From: Phoronis australis
Lineage: Eukaryota > Animalia > Phoronida
NCBI GenBank assembly: GCA_002633005.1
Contig: NMRA01000406.1
Coordinates: 303,157 to 367,156 of the forward strand
Direction: 5' to 3'
Length of the DNA: 64,000 nt
Position 1 is the first letter of the stretch; each line of letters starts with the position of its first letter. The position numbers and the translations under genes are program-made. Of the stretch, positions 39,342-51,835 are shown one piece after another. The notes beneath the pieces are model-generated. The model was given only the letters and a program-made list of their open reading frames with translations. It did no database searches and had not been told where the DNA came from.

Positions 39342-39600
39342 AAACAAAATTATACGAGCATGCGCGATTCGTACTGTTGTCGCTGGTGTTCCGGTTTTCT
39401 GCCTGAGAGGTCATTTCCATAACAATGCCCTCTTTTCATCGATCATATTTGTGTACATACAAACGGACTAAGCAAACACACGCTGCTTTATTATTGGGTA
39501 TCAGGCTGTGAGGTTTTCCATACAAACCTTTGAACTCTATTTACATCAGGGCAAATTGATAGCAACATCGCAACTCCTTGGCGACGGCGTTTGATTGAAT
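39140..39600. promoter_or_regulatory. Candidate divergent promoter region between TRPV and FAM166/CIMIP2
   Basis: ETS-like CCGGAAGT (39144), NRF1-like GCATGCGC (39358), and degenerate RFX X-box-like ATTTCCATAACAAT (39413), ATAGCAAC (39559), CCTTGGCGAC (39576). Motif matches only. Confidence 0.4.
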
Positions 39601-39731
39601 GAATCAAGCGCCATCCGTATAGAAAGCCGTATGTTATGGGAAGGCTGTTAACTGTCAGCTGGCAGTAATAGACTGGTTTGAATTTGATTTATTTAATTTT
39701 ATTACACAAATTAATAGTTAATTAGGCTATA

Positions 39732-42700
39732 ATGGCACTCATTGCGTTCGGGGGTGCCCCAAACTTAAATGAAAGGCGGTCATTTGCTGAACTGAAAGGC
39801 GGAACACACGTGCCAGGGTAAGATGATTTATTTCCTCTCAGCTTTGTACAACTACCAGTTTATGATACTTGCCATTTATTATGAGCTGTTAAATCTTTTA
39901 AGACTCTGTAATCCTCATGTGTTTTTAGATTTGGCTATATGTATATTGCTGTATTACTTTATTTGTGTCACTTGAAGTACGATATCAGGTGGTGTTTACT
40001 GTATGTTTGATTTACAGGAGGGACGTACCAGCTTCTGATTGTCCGCAATACACTTTGTATAATACTAAAAGGTCTGACTCTCGGGACTAGGAATTCCATG
40101 GGTGCTTCACTTCAGCCGTCCATATCAAACTAAAACATAAACCTTGATAAATTTACACAGAACGGATTTAACAAACCATGAACAAAATTTTTGTTCCTTC
40201 TCCTCCGCATGCTGATAGCATTTACAGCGTCCTGCTCCAGCAAGTTTACAACAAATTCACGATCAAATCACAAAAATCTTCCTAAAAGTCTGACGCATTA
40301 CATCATCAGACCTTTAAGCATTACATAAATATAGTGTATTGGCGACGATCAGAAACTGAGGACACTTGTAGTAATTGATTGACTGATTTTTATTTGACGA
40401 ATCTCATCTGACAAAAAACAATAAGAATTCTATGACAGTATTTTGTTGGTTCACCATTAGTTCCCTGTTTAGATGTAACAATTGTCCAGAGTTAAAACTT
40501 GCTTTACTTTAGTCATCTAAATCACTTCAGTTCCTTATAACAACACTATGTACTTCAAAGTGTTAAAAAAGGAGGTTCTCTACTAATAATCAGCTTTAAA
40601 TGCATGCTAGGCGTTAATAGTGTTAAACAACTATCCTAATGGACAAGCACTTAATCAATCTTGAGTTCATGTAACCTTCATACAATCAAATTTCAGGGTA
40701 ACGGCACTAAAATTAGAGCATTTGGGTTACCAAAAGATTTGAATTGTCCTAAAACTTCAATGGTTAATATGCGCATAGGACTTTTTTGCAATGTCACATT
40801 AACCCAACACTAGTTGACATGGAACAACTGACACTGAAGGAGATGACTGAGACACAGAACAAATTGACATCACGGTGACAACTTTTGTCACAGATTTTTG
40901 ACGTAGGGTAAATGATGTAGTTTGCGAACATCGCAGTGATAAGGAACATGAACATATTTTGCTCGTGATCAGGCTCTGAAAGAAAGCCAGATGTTGTTGA
41001 CATTTAACCTATGACCATCATGTTGTATCTATGCGATTGTTGCTTCATCTGATTTCACATCACGGGGATGCTGTAAATGCATATGATAGCTGGAATCTTA
41101 CATGGTTCTGGGCAATTGCCATTGTTAACCAGAGCATGCACAGACTGGCGTCCTAGGTGACTGCATGACTTCTGTGCTGATTCAGTTTCCAGTAATGTCG
41201 TGTGACTGACACGGATCAACTCTTACCATGACAACTCGTTTATAGTGTCAAGCGTCTGTCATGTAAAGGGAATTGAGTTAAAAAATCTCGTGTAGTGAGA
41301 TATTCAATAAAAATAACTATGCTGAAAGACAAATTTTCACTGAGCGAGATCATCTCACTGCATTCTCTCTGGAATATTGTATTTCCACTAAAGTGAGAAT
41401 TTTTTCTCACATATTTGAACTGCATCTTAATTCTAAGTTAGATTCTTGTTGGAATCTTAGATATTCTCACTTTCAAAATGAGAATTCCTTCAACTGTTTT
41501 CGTAAGGGAACTTTGTAGTGAATGTACCCATGTGCCATTTTCTGAAATGATATGTTGTTTTCAAAGACAAAGTTTCATTCATAGGGGGATGTTTCACATG
41601 CAGGTTGCCTACGCTTCACAGATGCAGTTGGCTATTCCTTGTATATTTATATGTTAAACAAGTTAATTTTGTATGTCTTTTGTCCTTTTTTTAGTAGTTA
41701 ATTTTCATGTAAAGTGTCTATAAACCAACATTTTGTCAAATCACAAAGAACTTACTTCGTTATTCCTTGAGACCATGCTCGGCTTAGAAAATGAAATGCT
41801 GTCACAAGCCAACTGGAGCGTATTCCCAGTCAAGTAATAATGAGCTATCAGTTCTTTCAAAGCCTTGAAATCACAGTTTGAGATTACTTTAGTAAGGGTA
41901 AGTGGTCCAAATCAAAAGTTGATTTTGTAATGGTAATCAAGTTTATAGACGCTTTGAATAGTGTCTGTTAAATTGACATCAACCTGGTATTGATACAGCT
42001 TCCCATATAGGTGCATGGGGCTAAACAAACATGTATGTCTTTGTTACTTAGCAACCTCTGTGTTTGTAATGTAGCACCACTCAAACTAAAATTAAAGTGG
42101 TGCTTGGTGACTTCAAAATATTAATTCAAAGCATGGATAACAGGAGCACTTTTGAAATATTAGTAATTTTGATGAACTGGTGGATTAAATCCGAATTGTT
42201 TTTTGCAGGTACAGGGGCTACATACCTCAACGGAAATACAGAATAGGGAAAACATATGGAACACACACATTTGAAGTTGTGGAGGTATGTAAGAACAAAT
42301 AGTTATTGATAACTTAGTTGTTGATAAGTTCTGACAAGCAACTTCGGTAAAATCTCACCAATTTTGCACAAAAAGTATGGTAGCTAAAATGCTCTTAGTT
42401 TTTACCTTTTCAAAGGTTGCAAATGCCCACAATTTCTCAAAAACATCGCCTCGTGCTGCTAGCTTTATTGTAACGTAAAAGCAGCAATGCATTTATTTGA
42501 TACTACTTACTTTACTCAAATGACAGAAAAGAAATATCAGTTGTGAGCCATATTGTGTCCTAAATTGGGAAGATTAAATTGGAATTTAAAATAGTTGTTT
42601 ATTGAATCCTTTGATTGGAGTGTAAAACATTTGGTGGCAGTTGGTTGTGAATAAAAGAAACTTCACATTACAAATATCTATTATAGACTGCGCAAGTGTA

Positions 42701-45700
42701 TAGTGTCACACTGCAGATGTCTGTTATAGGCTGAGTTGGGTAATTGTACAGTAATTTAGGAGTCTGATAATACATTACAAAAACCTCCTGTTTGTTTTTT
42801 TTTACTCTGGACAACAGTGGTTTCTAAGTGATGATAAATTCAGATATCGTTCTTGTCTATTGTTAAGTTTTCTTAGGCTCTTTTGTCTGACATCAGGACT
42901 CATTCGCAGGCTAGTTATCTACCACTGTTCAAAGAGTGACTAAAACCATTCATCGATGTGTACCAGAGAATGGAAAACTAATGCATCTATTTTGGCTATT
43001 TTTTCATACAAGGTAACTTGAAACATGACGAGTTTCATATGAAGTTTGTTGTTGATTTGTTATTGGTGTTCATCACAATTTATTGTTACTTTCCTTGTCT
43101 GGTTTCAAGTGATTTCAATCGCAATTTTATCACTTATGATTTGAATTCATCTTTGTAGCAAGAAGTGGTGCACAGAAAACCATGTGACCCATGCGTGCCA
43201 CAGCCTCCTGTTAGTAAATTAAAGCATGATCTTCCAGAGACGCAGGGTGATAACAGACTCACTCGCAATATGGTTCCAGGGTATACAGGTGACTATCTTT
43301 TTCTTAGTCTTCGTCAAACATGTTGAAAAACTGTAAGTTACTGATTGGCAGTGGAGAGAAAGTCAATGAGGTGGTTAGGTTATTAAGACAGATGGCATGA
43401 CCTGGTGTGACTGAAATTACACTTTAATGTCAATATTAAATCGGCATTTTTAATTGCATAGGCTGTGAATAAAACTATGAAATAATTTCTAATCTGGTAG
43501 AATACTAACATCATGAATGTTGAAAGTAAAAAGTGTGAACGGAATCTCTTTGCTTGGGACATCTTTTATATTGGTACTATTAAAAAATAGGAACTTTAAA
43601 AAATATCTTGTTAATATACATGCATTTACCTTTAATCTTAGTTTCAAAATTACTGATTGAGTAAACAGCTACTGGAGCAAGGTAAATTCCATATTTAAAC
43701 AACACAATCGGAATTAATATAGCTTGATTTACATGTCAAGGTGTTGTCTGAACTCAAAACACAAGTTGATGCTTTCTGGGTCTAAGACTCTGATTTGCCT
43801 TTGGATCCCCAGTCAGTGTTTGTTTATACACTTATTAGGGACATTATAATTAACATAATGGGTGATATTTTAATAAGGTGCCCTGGCTTTAGGTATACTG
43901 TAATATTTTGACCTTGGGTATTTATCCAAGCTAATCTAAAAACAAACACAACACTTCAGCAGACTGGCAAACACAGCTCATTTGTGTGGGGCCAGGGTCT
44001 GTGAAGTAATTAGTGAAAAGCTGAATAATATTGTGTCTAGCCATAAACTTGAAAGTTTTGTTTGTTTTGTAAATAGTCTGTGTATGTTCTAAACCTGTCA
44101 TGAATAGAAGAGACATGTTATTAGCCTGGTGGATATAATGACATACTATATAATGAAAACATGCAAGTTGTGTTCATAACTACAGAATAACACAGGTTTG
44201 CATTTTGGTTTCTACACTCACTCTAGTTAACCAGGTGTTATCTTGGATGTGTATGCTGTTCACAGTACATTGTTTAAATTAGGTTTTTATTTTATTTTTG
44301 TTCATTGAAAGTGTCATTATCCACAGAATCTTGATCCAATGAACATGATTGCTTGACTTACACCACTTCAAAATAAAGTATTAGTTTCAATAATTATACT
44401 TTTCACCTTCATCTTGGAATTTAAATTTCGAAATAGTTGATGTTAGTTTACTTTGGTAACACCCCTTCCTTCAAAGATGTAGTGTTGAAAATTTGTCTCC
44501 ATGTATTGCCCATGATCCCTTTGATGTTTCATTCAAGAAGGCAAAATAAAATATTTTGATCAGAGTAATCTTCATATGGCAGCAGATGTGTATGTTTGAT
44601 ATTTTGGTGACATTATATTAGGAGTTCTGTCTTTGAATACAAAAACTAAAGCGGGACTTTGAGGACAATTCAGTCCTCAAATTTTCACACAACCCTCCTG
44701 TCAACAGCAAGTTGTCATTTCTTAGCATCTTGGTGTCATTTTGTGGTGGTATTGTCACCATGTTGTCCATTTAGTGCTAGGCTTGCTGGTATCAGCCTGG
44801 TTTTTCGTTTGTTTATGGGTGCATCAGGGGTTTCCGGATGGCAGCAGTGCCAATGGGTGTTGGTGGTGGTCCAGACAGTGGCGAGGTGTCTGTGCTGTCG
44901 TGATCAGTGTTGTGGCAGCTGTTGTCATGGCGAGGCTGTGCTGCAAACATTATGAATGAGACTTATTGTGTATAAACAAATCCAAGAAAACATCCAGCAT
45001 TGTTTTCATAAATAACAAGACTGCTGGACAGCAACATCCCTGCCAAAAGCTAGTCTTGTGTTAGTTTAACTGTGCTATAGATGGGTGTCTCCATCTTCAA
45101 CGGAACTCAAGACATGTCATGCTTATAATTATGCAAAGTGGGATTTAACAACTTAATGTTAATTAATACTAATGCCATTCAACTTCTCTATCATGTACAT
45201 GTTTCAAAAAGATGTCATAATTGCAGCTCAACCACGTAATTTGTATTAGCGAATCAAAGTATACTTAATGGTGTCACTATAAAAACCGAGTCAACAAATG
45301 TTTAATCACTAAATCTTCGTTCTGTTGTTACAACCGCCATTAACTGTTAGACATACTCGACTGACATCCCTAGCGGAATTTAAAAAATCTTGTTACTGAC
45401 AAAATGGCGACAAATTGGTAAAAGTTCTTGCTTCTATTTTTCTTTTGAATTTTCAATGACAAAATCGATAAGTTTCTGATGGACAGTCATCAAAAACCTT
45501 TCATACATTGGTATGCATCTCAAAATAACCTTAAGAGATATTCAAAATTCTTTGCACAAGTCACAGTTTGAGCCAGTATGGAAATTAACATCTGAATGAG
45601 GTTTCAGACCACTCAGTCTTCTGTTCATGGGAGCAGTCATCTTTTAGGTGTGTATCTGGGCTTCCAAACATGAAACAATAGTTAGGTACCTGTCCAAAGT

Positions 45701-48700
45701 AAAGAATGAGGCCTATGCTAATATCAAGAGCTTAAACTATGCCTCATGCATGTCTACACTTATTGAAAGAAGATATGAAATGTGACCCAAACCATACCCT
45801 ATCCTCTTGTCCAGCACTCAGGAATTTCAATGAATACCAGTTGCACAAAATGCCCAGAGGCAAGTTTTATTGATGTTGTTGCCCAGGGTCCTTGTGGAAG
45901 ATTGATTGTTTTTTGTTTGCTTAGGTCACAGGATTTTTCTTCTTTAAAATCAGTCAGTATTCATGGAGTGCAGAGTATAATTAGACCAAAATTTACACCA
46001 TACACTTTTGCAGGCAACGAGACTCTGCCTTCCACCATATTAAGCAAAGTAATAGTTGATTAGCTGACTTATTGAACTGCTTTCTATAAAGTTGAATAGA
46101 GTTGGGATTTTTGTGTTCAAATAAAGGCTTTTATAGCCTGTAATAATCTGGTATGGGAGTTTTAATGTGATATGTATGGTGATTGCCTTACTGACATAAA
46201 ATATATATTAGCTTTAAAGGTCACTTAGTGCAACAAGCCTTAATGTCTCTAAAGACCCAATAAGCATTACATGACAGTTTCAGCTCTCTGTACTCAATAG
46301 CTCAGTTGGATTACTACACTTGGAACTGTGATTACAATGTTCAGTTACCTCTCAAGCTCATGTTGAATGTATGCTTGGTTGCTAGGCTGTTAATCCTCAA
46401 AGCTTTAACTCCAGTATTTAATCTGTTACACTCCATTTTTTTCAAGACACTGGCCAGGGACTTGTAGGTATATACTCTTTATTGATAGTTAAGAGTTTTG
46501 CACGTGTATAATTTTGATAGTGATACCATGGGTATGTATTAGTGTGCAGTAGTATACTGCATGTAGTTCTGATATCCTGTTATTAGTATGCAGCAATATA
46601 TCACATGTAGTTCTCAAACCATGGGTATTAGCAGGCTGCAGTGTAATACCTTAGCATAAATAGCTTGCTGTGGTATATTCCAAGTAGTTCCGATACCCTG
46701 GGTATTAACATGCGCTAATATACCATGTGTAGCTCTCATAACCTGGCTATTAGCTTGCTGTAGTATACCTTGGCATTAGCTTGCTATAGTATGCTGTTAG
46801 TATGCAGTAATATACCACAGGTAGTTCTCATATCCTGGATATTAATATGCAGCAGTATACCATATGTAGTTCTGATACCTGGACATTAGTATGCAGTGCA
46901 CCTCATGTAATTTTGATATTTTGATACCCTGGGTATTAGCCCACAGCAGGTACACTACCAACACCTACTAGAATTGACAGTAATTATGGCTTCAAACATA
47001 TCACTAATTTAGGACTAGCAAACAATTTTTGGCAATTGCAATTACTTTAGTTTGTGGAAAAATTGATGAGATTTTACCATCTTTCGTTGCAATTGCATAT
47101 TTGTGCATCGTCTTTTGTAACATTCATAATTAGATCCAGGATTTCATGTGAAAGAGATTTCTTCAAGTATTAGTTGTTTTTGCTCCAAGGATTTTTCTAA
47201 CTGTAGCTTGGTGACAGCGTAAGATATGGTGATCTTTTCTTGAAATTATCCCAGAACTTAGTTTTTCATGCTGAGACAATTTTAAATTGAATAAAAGTTG
47301 TAACAACGATAAGCACTAGTCAGCAACATAGAAACTTTAAGAGGGGTACTGCAGGTAAATTCACTGGGGTTTGTTCTGCATGAAAATTTGAAGTCAACCA
47401 CCTAACCTGACAAAATTTCTTTCTTCGAGTGAAGGCCACAATTTGAATTTCTAGTATTACTAGTCATTTTCTGTTTACATTTTAGTTTTATTAAAATGAC
47501 GTACAAAGCATTCATGGCAGATCAATTGCATTAACAGATGTACTGTTACAAAAAGGTAATAAAACTTCACTGTATTACATAACATTAAGCATTTATAGTC
47601 AGCTTGAAATCATGAGTGATTTCATTGCAAGATCACCTTAACAACCGAAGAAACCTTCCACATATAGTTGTCAAAGAATTTAATTAGTGTAAGTAAACAA
47701 TGAGGAATAAGTAAAATAACGTAGAAAACAAATCCGAAACTAAAAGAGAAATGTTTAAAATCTGGTTGACTAATTTTTGTTCATAAGAAAATTTGAAATG
47801 TGTAAGGCTCTCTTGAGTGATTTAAATCTGTTTTAAAATGTGGGGATGGGTCTGTCATCTTTTTAGGGTGGGGATATAACTGGACTTCTGAATACGTGGC
47901 GATACTTACAAAATAAATGCAACCCATGTTTATACCAAGAACTAGAATTGTGCTCGTATTGTAAGAAAGCCTAAAATATGACTCATAATTGTAACTCATC
48001 TGGAAAAAGTACCAAGTATTCACTGTCCTCTTGTATAGAGCCCAGTGCTTTCATGAGATGCCCCAGGAATGTGCCCCATACAGAGTTATCTAATGGGAAC
48101 TTATACCAAGTGAAAATAGTGGTGTTCCCACCGCATTTTTATACCCACTTCATGTGAACTGAAACCCCAAATTTATATAATAAGCAATGTCCAAATTCTA
48201 TTTTTTAGTTTTATTTTATTCTTCAGTTTACCACACACAGACCATAAATTGTAAATGGATACTTTTTGCTGCCTTCGTCTTTGTTCACAATTTAAATGGG
48301 AAGTGAACTGGACCTGAATGGTTGAGTGGCCCAGGTTCTCTTTGCCTTCACCACCTGCTGTATGCAGCTTTGTAAACACAATTATAATTGTTACTCTCCA
48401 GTCCTTTATTGATTCATAATTTTAATGGCTCTAGAGAAATCCATTCAGTTGATTGAAAACTGAACAGTGCTTTGTGTACTTAGGCAATTAGGAAGAAAAG
48501 CCCACCATGGGCTAATTGTTAAAGATTTGTAAAGCTCAGTTTCCAGGGACTGCTAAAGAGTGAATTGTCAACACTCTGCTGTTCTTGCTATGGTGGTTTA
48601 GCTGAATTTACCAAGTGAGTTCAGCTTAATCTGTTGGGAGATTTTAGATTCCATTCTTGGTGTCAGCCTAATAGACCATTTGTGGCCCTAACCTGAAGGG

Positions 48701-51700
48701 GTGGGGTGGGGCTGTCAGTTATAATGGGGGTGAGATGTCGTGCATTTTTCAAATTTTCTGGTGTAGGTTTGGGTCGCTCACCATGTTTATGTGCATGCAG
48801 TCAGGTATTTCCAGGTGTATATGTTTTATTCCAAACAGGGGCTGATTACTTCAAAAGCACTCACTGAGTTTATGCTCGAGCCCACTGCTCTTCACTACTG
48901 AAAGTGCTTTATTAGTACGTATGTACTACTAAATCTACTAAATAAGCATTTGAGTTCACAAAATACATGGATAGTATACCGACTTGATAATACTCTGTGT
49001 ATTGCGACTACTGACATGATTTTAAAAAGGTACAAATCCAGATACCCCATCTAGCAGCCAATCATCTTGTTAGAACTTGGCCCTTATGAAGTACTAAATA
49101 TGGGTAATGTTTAAGAATCATCCAGTTAGTATAAACATGGACACACTTGTAGCCCTTTGCACGAGCATACGTTTTTATTTTGGCCATTATCGTCCCAGGC
49201 TTGACAGCCCAGTTACACCCCCACTGTGTCTTAAAAGATGACTGACCACCTCTCTGGGGGGCCTATGCTGTTTCAAACATTGTATTTTCTAACAATTAGT
49301 TACTTGACTCAGTAAAGTAATTAAATAACGTGTAAAGTCAGAAGGTGTGGCAGTGGTGAAAACATTTTCTTAAACTCGTTTTTGTTTGATCATATTACTT
49401 TACATAGCAAAAGAGCTGAAATCTCAATATTCATATTAAGTAAAGATTTTTTTGTTACAAAGTCCCAATTTCTTATATTTAATAGTCCCCATCCTGCTGT
49501 CATCCAGCCAGAACTTCTACATTCTCACTGACCCCCTCAGCCTGTATTGCCTGACGCTGAGATGGGCAACTTTCAGAGATGAGACGGGGGCATGGAGATG
49601 GGGAGATGAAGACAAAAACTATGGAAAGTTGGCATCAGATAGAACAGCTAGATCACTTTAAATATCTTAAAGTGTCTGTGCTATATCACTGACAATTTTC
49701 TTTCTAGGTTACATTCCGGGTAAAACTTTCAAATTTGGCAATACTTACAAAGAGGACTGTGACGTCTGCATAGACAAGTTCCTCTCGGCAAAAGAAAACA
49801 AGGAGGTACAGATACGAGATTTGCAGCACTCGTTAAAGACGCAAGCAAAACACCAGGCCATCACAGTGGAACCCAACATAAAGAATAAGATGGACAAGTT
49901 TCACAACAGTCACCCACAACCTCCCATATTGTTAGGTAAGCAGTACATGACTTGTTGTCTACACCTTGTAGGTCCTATTGAATGATTACTCCATTTTGCC
50001 TGACTGTACTATTGATTTTTGACGAGGTCTACCTCGTGTCATTGTCTTTTATAGATATTCGGGAAATGTGGTGCATACGGCACCAGTTTACACTTGACTA
50101 GGGTGGTGTTTGAGACACCATATAATGAAGTCTGGTGTAGAGAGAAACCAGTAGATGTTTGTGGCCATGTGATTACATGAGCAGCATTCAAGGTGATTGA
50201 GTAGAGTGGCTTATATGCTCTCTAAATTTTTACAGGTCTACCAAAAGACCTTTTTGTTCATGGAATGAACCAACATTGCAACTTATATTTTAGAGGACAG
50301 ACGGAAGTTCCTGGAGCCACCGATGCCTGGTTACCGTGGTTTCATCCCTAGGATCTACAGCACAGAGCAGGGACTAGGGTGTCGCTATAATCAGATGACC
50401 AAAAACGGGCTGGCCACGTTTAAGCAAGAAAATGACATGCATCACCATGTCAACCAGACTGCTGTCAGTGTGGACAGAGGTAGCATGATCCCCATGCCTA
50501 GCTACGCCCGTCGGCTGTACCCCCAGGGAGGCATGATACCCAAATACACGGGTTACATACCACGTGAGTCGTTTACTACGCATCACAAGTATGGTCATAC
50601 AGTATTTTTTCCCACGAATGTTGACAAATTTCATCTTAACTTTTTCTGTTTTTTAAGTTATGGCAGAAAACCAGTAGGAAAACCGACGAAAATTTTACTT
50701 GACCAAACTTCGTCAAGGGTAATGGTGCATCATTGTATTTGATATTTTCCTCCAAGCTTGAATTTACTCCCTCCCTTACTATCCAAAGGTCAGTTAACTT
50801 GAAAAAAGACTATTGATGAGTTAAGGCAAATCAGCCTTGTTAAAAATTGTGAAATCAATGTACTTTTTGCGCCAGTCAGCTTTTGAAACGTCGACTTTCA
50901 AGTTCGCACTTCGCAGAACCTTACCTCCCGGTAGCCGTTGCTTTGCCAACCTAGATAAGATTGCTGGTCAGGAAAAGGCTGTTATTTTTAGGCAATTCCG
51001 TCACCAGACAAAACTTACTAAGTTGTGACCAGAATAAACATCCCACGTCCTGTATGAGCATGGTAACTTAGCTTGTGGGGTATACTCTAATGCGCTAAAA
51101 TCTAGGCATCTGCCACACGTCTTAGTAAGGTTATGCAAACTTTTGTGAGGAACCTTGAATATGGTTGAGGTCCAAACAGCTTGAATAGTACTGACCAAGA
51201 TAAATAAAACTGACCATATAACTAACTTTTTGGCTCAACTGTCCCAGTAATCAGTATTCAAGCATGATGACTTCATTTAGTATTAACACAAAATCATCTT
51301 TACCATGTGAATGTCGAATAGTATGCCGATTTATGTAACCATTTCAGTAATCGGCTGTATAAAATCTTGTCCATCAGATTTCTGCTAAAAGGTTTAATGA
51401 ATTTTTAGAAACTGTGTGGCATCCTCCACCTTGTGGTCTCTTACTTTAATGTCTGAGAGTTGATTTTTAGAAGCCAATGTTTTAGTGACCTTCTGTCATT
51501 GTGTAAAGTCTCTTCTAAAGTGATTAGACTGAGATACAAATGCCGCCTTGGATCACGTGTCCACGTGTTATGATAATTTGAGAATGTATTTGGCAAAGTT
51601 CATTAGGCTTTTGAAAAAGTAAGGCAAGTGACACATGTTAAGTATATTTATTGGACAATTTAATTCTTGCGACCTCTAAGGCATAATTTCATCCAAATTA

Positions 51701-51835
51701 TTCTCTTCTTAATTTTCAGAGCGCCGTTTCCATTTTGGCAACACTTATGGTGACACGTCCAGGTCATTAGACATCTGTAACCACAATAAAGATTGCTATG
51801 GAGACCACGCCAATTCAACACGCTTGACCTATTGA
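39732..51835 (+). CDS. FAM166/CIMIP2 family ciliary microtubule inner protein (UPF0605, PGY-G repeats), 301 aa, 6 coding exons
   Basis: join(39732..39817,42209..42284,43159..43288,49708..49935,50294..50563,51720..51835) = 906 nt; GT-AG, phases 2,0,1,1,1. Four family repeats: HVPGYRGYIPQRKYRIGKTYG, MVPGYTGYIPGKTFKFGNTY, PMPGYRGFIPR, GMIPKYTGYIPQRRFHFGNTYG. Paralog (A/B/C) not assignable by eye. Confidence 0.9.
40022..40365. mobile_element. MITE with ~55-bp imperfect TIRs in CIMIP2 intron 1
   Basis: CAGCTTCTGATTGTCCGCAATACACT...AAAGGTCTGA is the inverse of TCAGACCTTT...AGTGTATTGGCGACGATCAGAAACTG. Confidence 0.75.
46505..46950. repeat. Degenerate ~43-bp minisatellite
   Basis: Unit approximately GGGTATTAGTATGCAGTAATATACCACATGTAGTTCTGATACCCT, ~10 copies. 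Confidence 0.8.

Noticed and set aside
44659-44959. Cys/Val-rich ORFs in CIMIP2 intron 3
   Set aside because: GT-rich low-complexity sequence; not needed for the phase-consistent CIMIP2 model.
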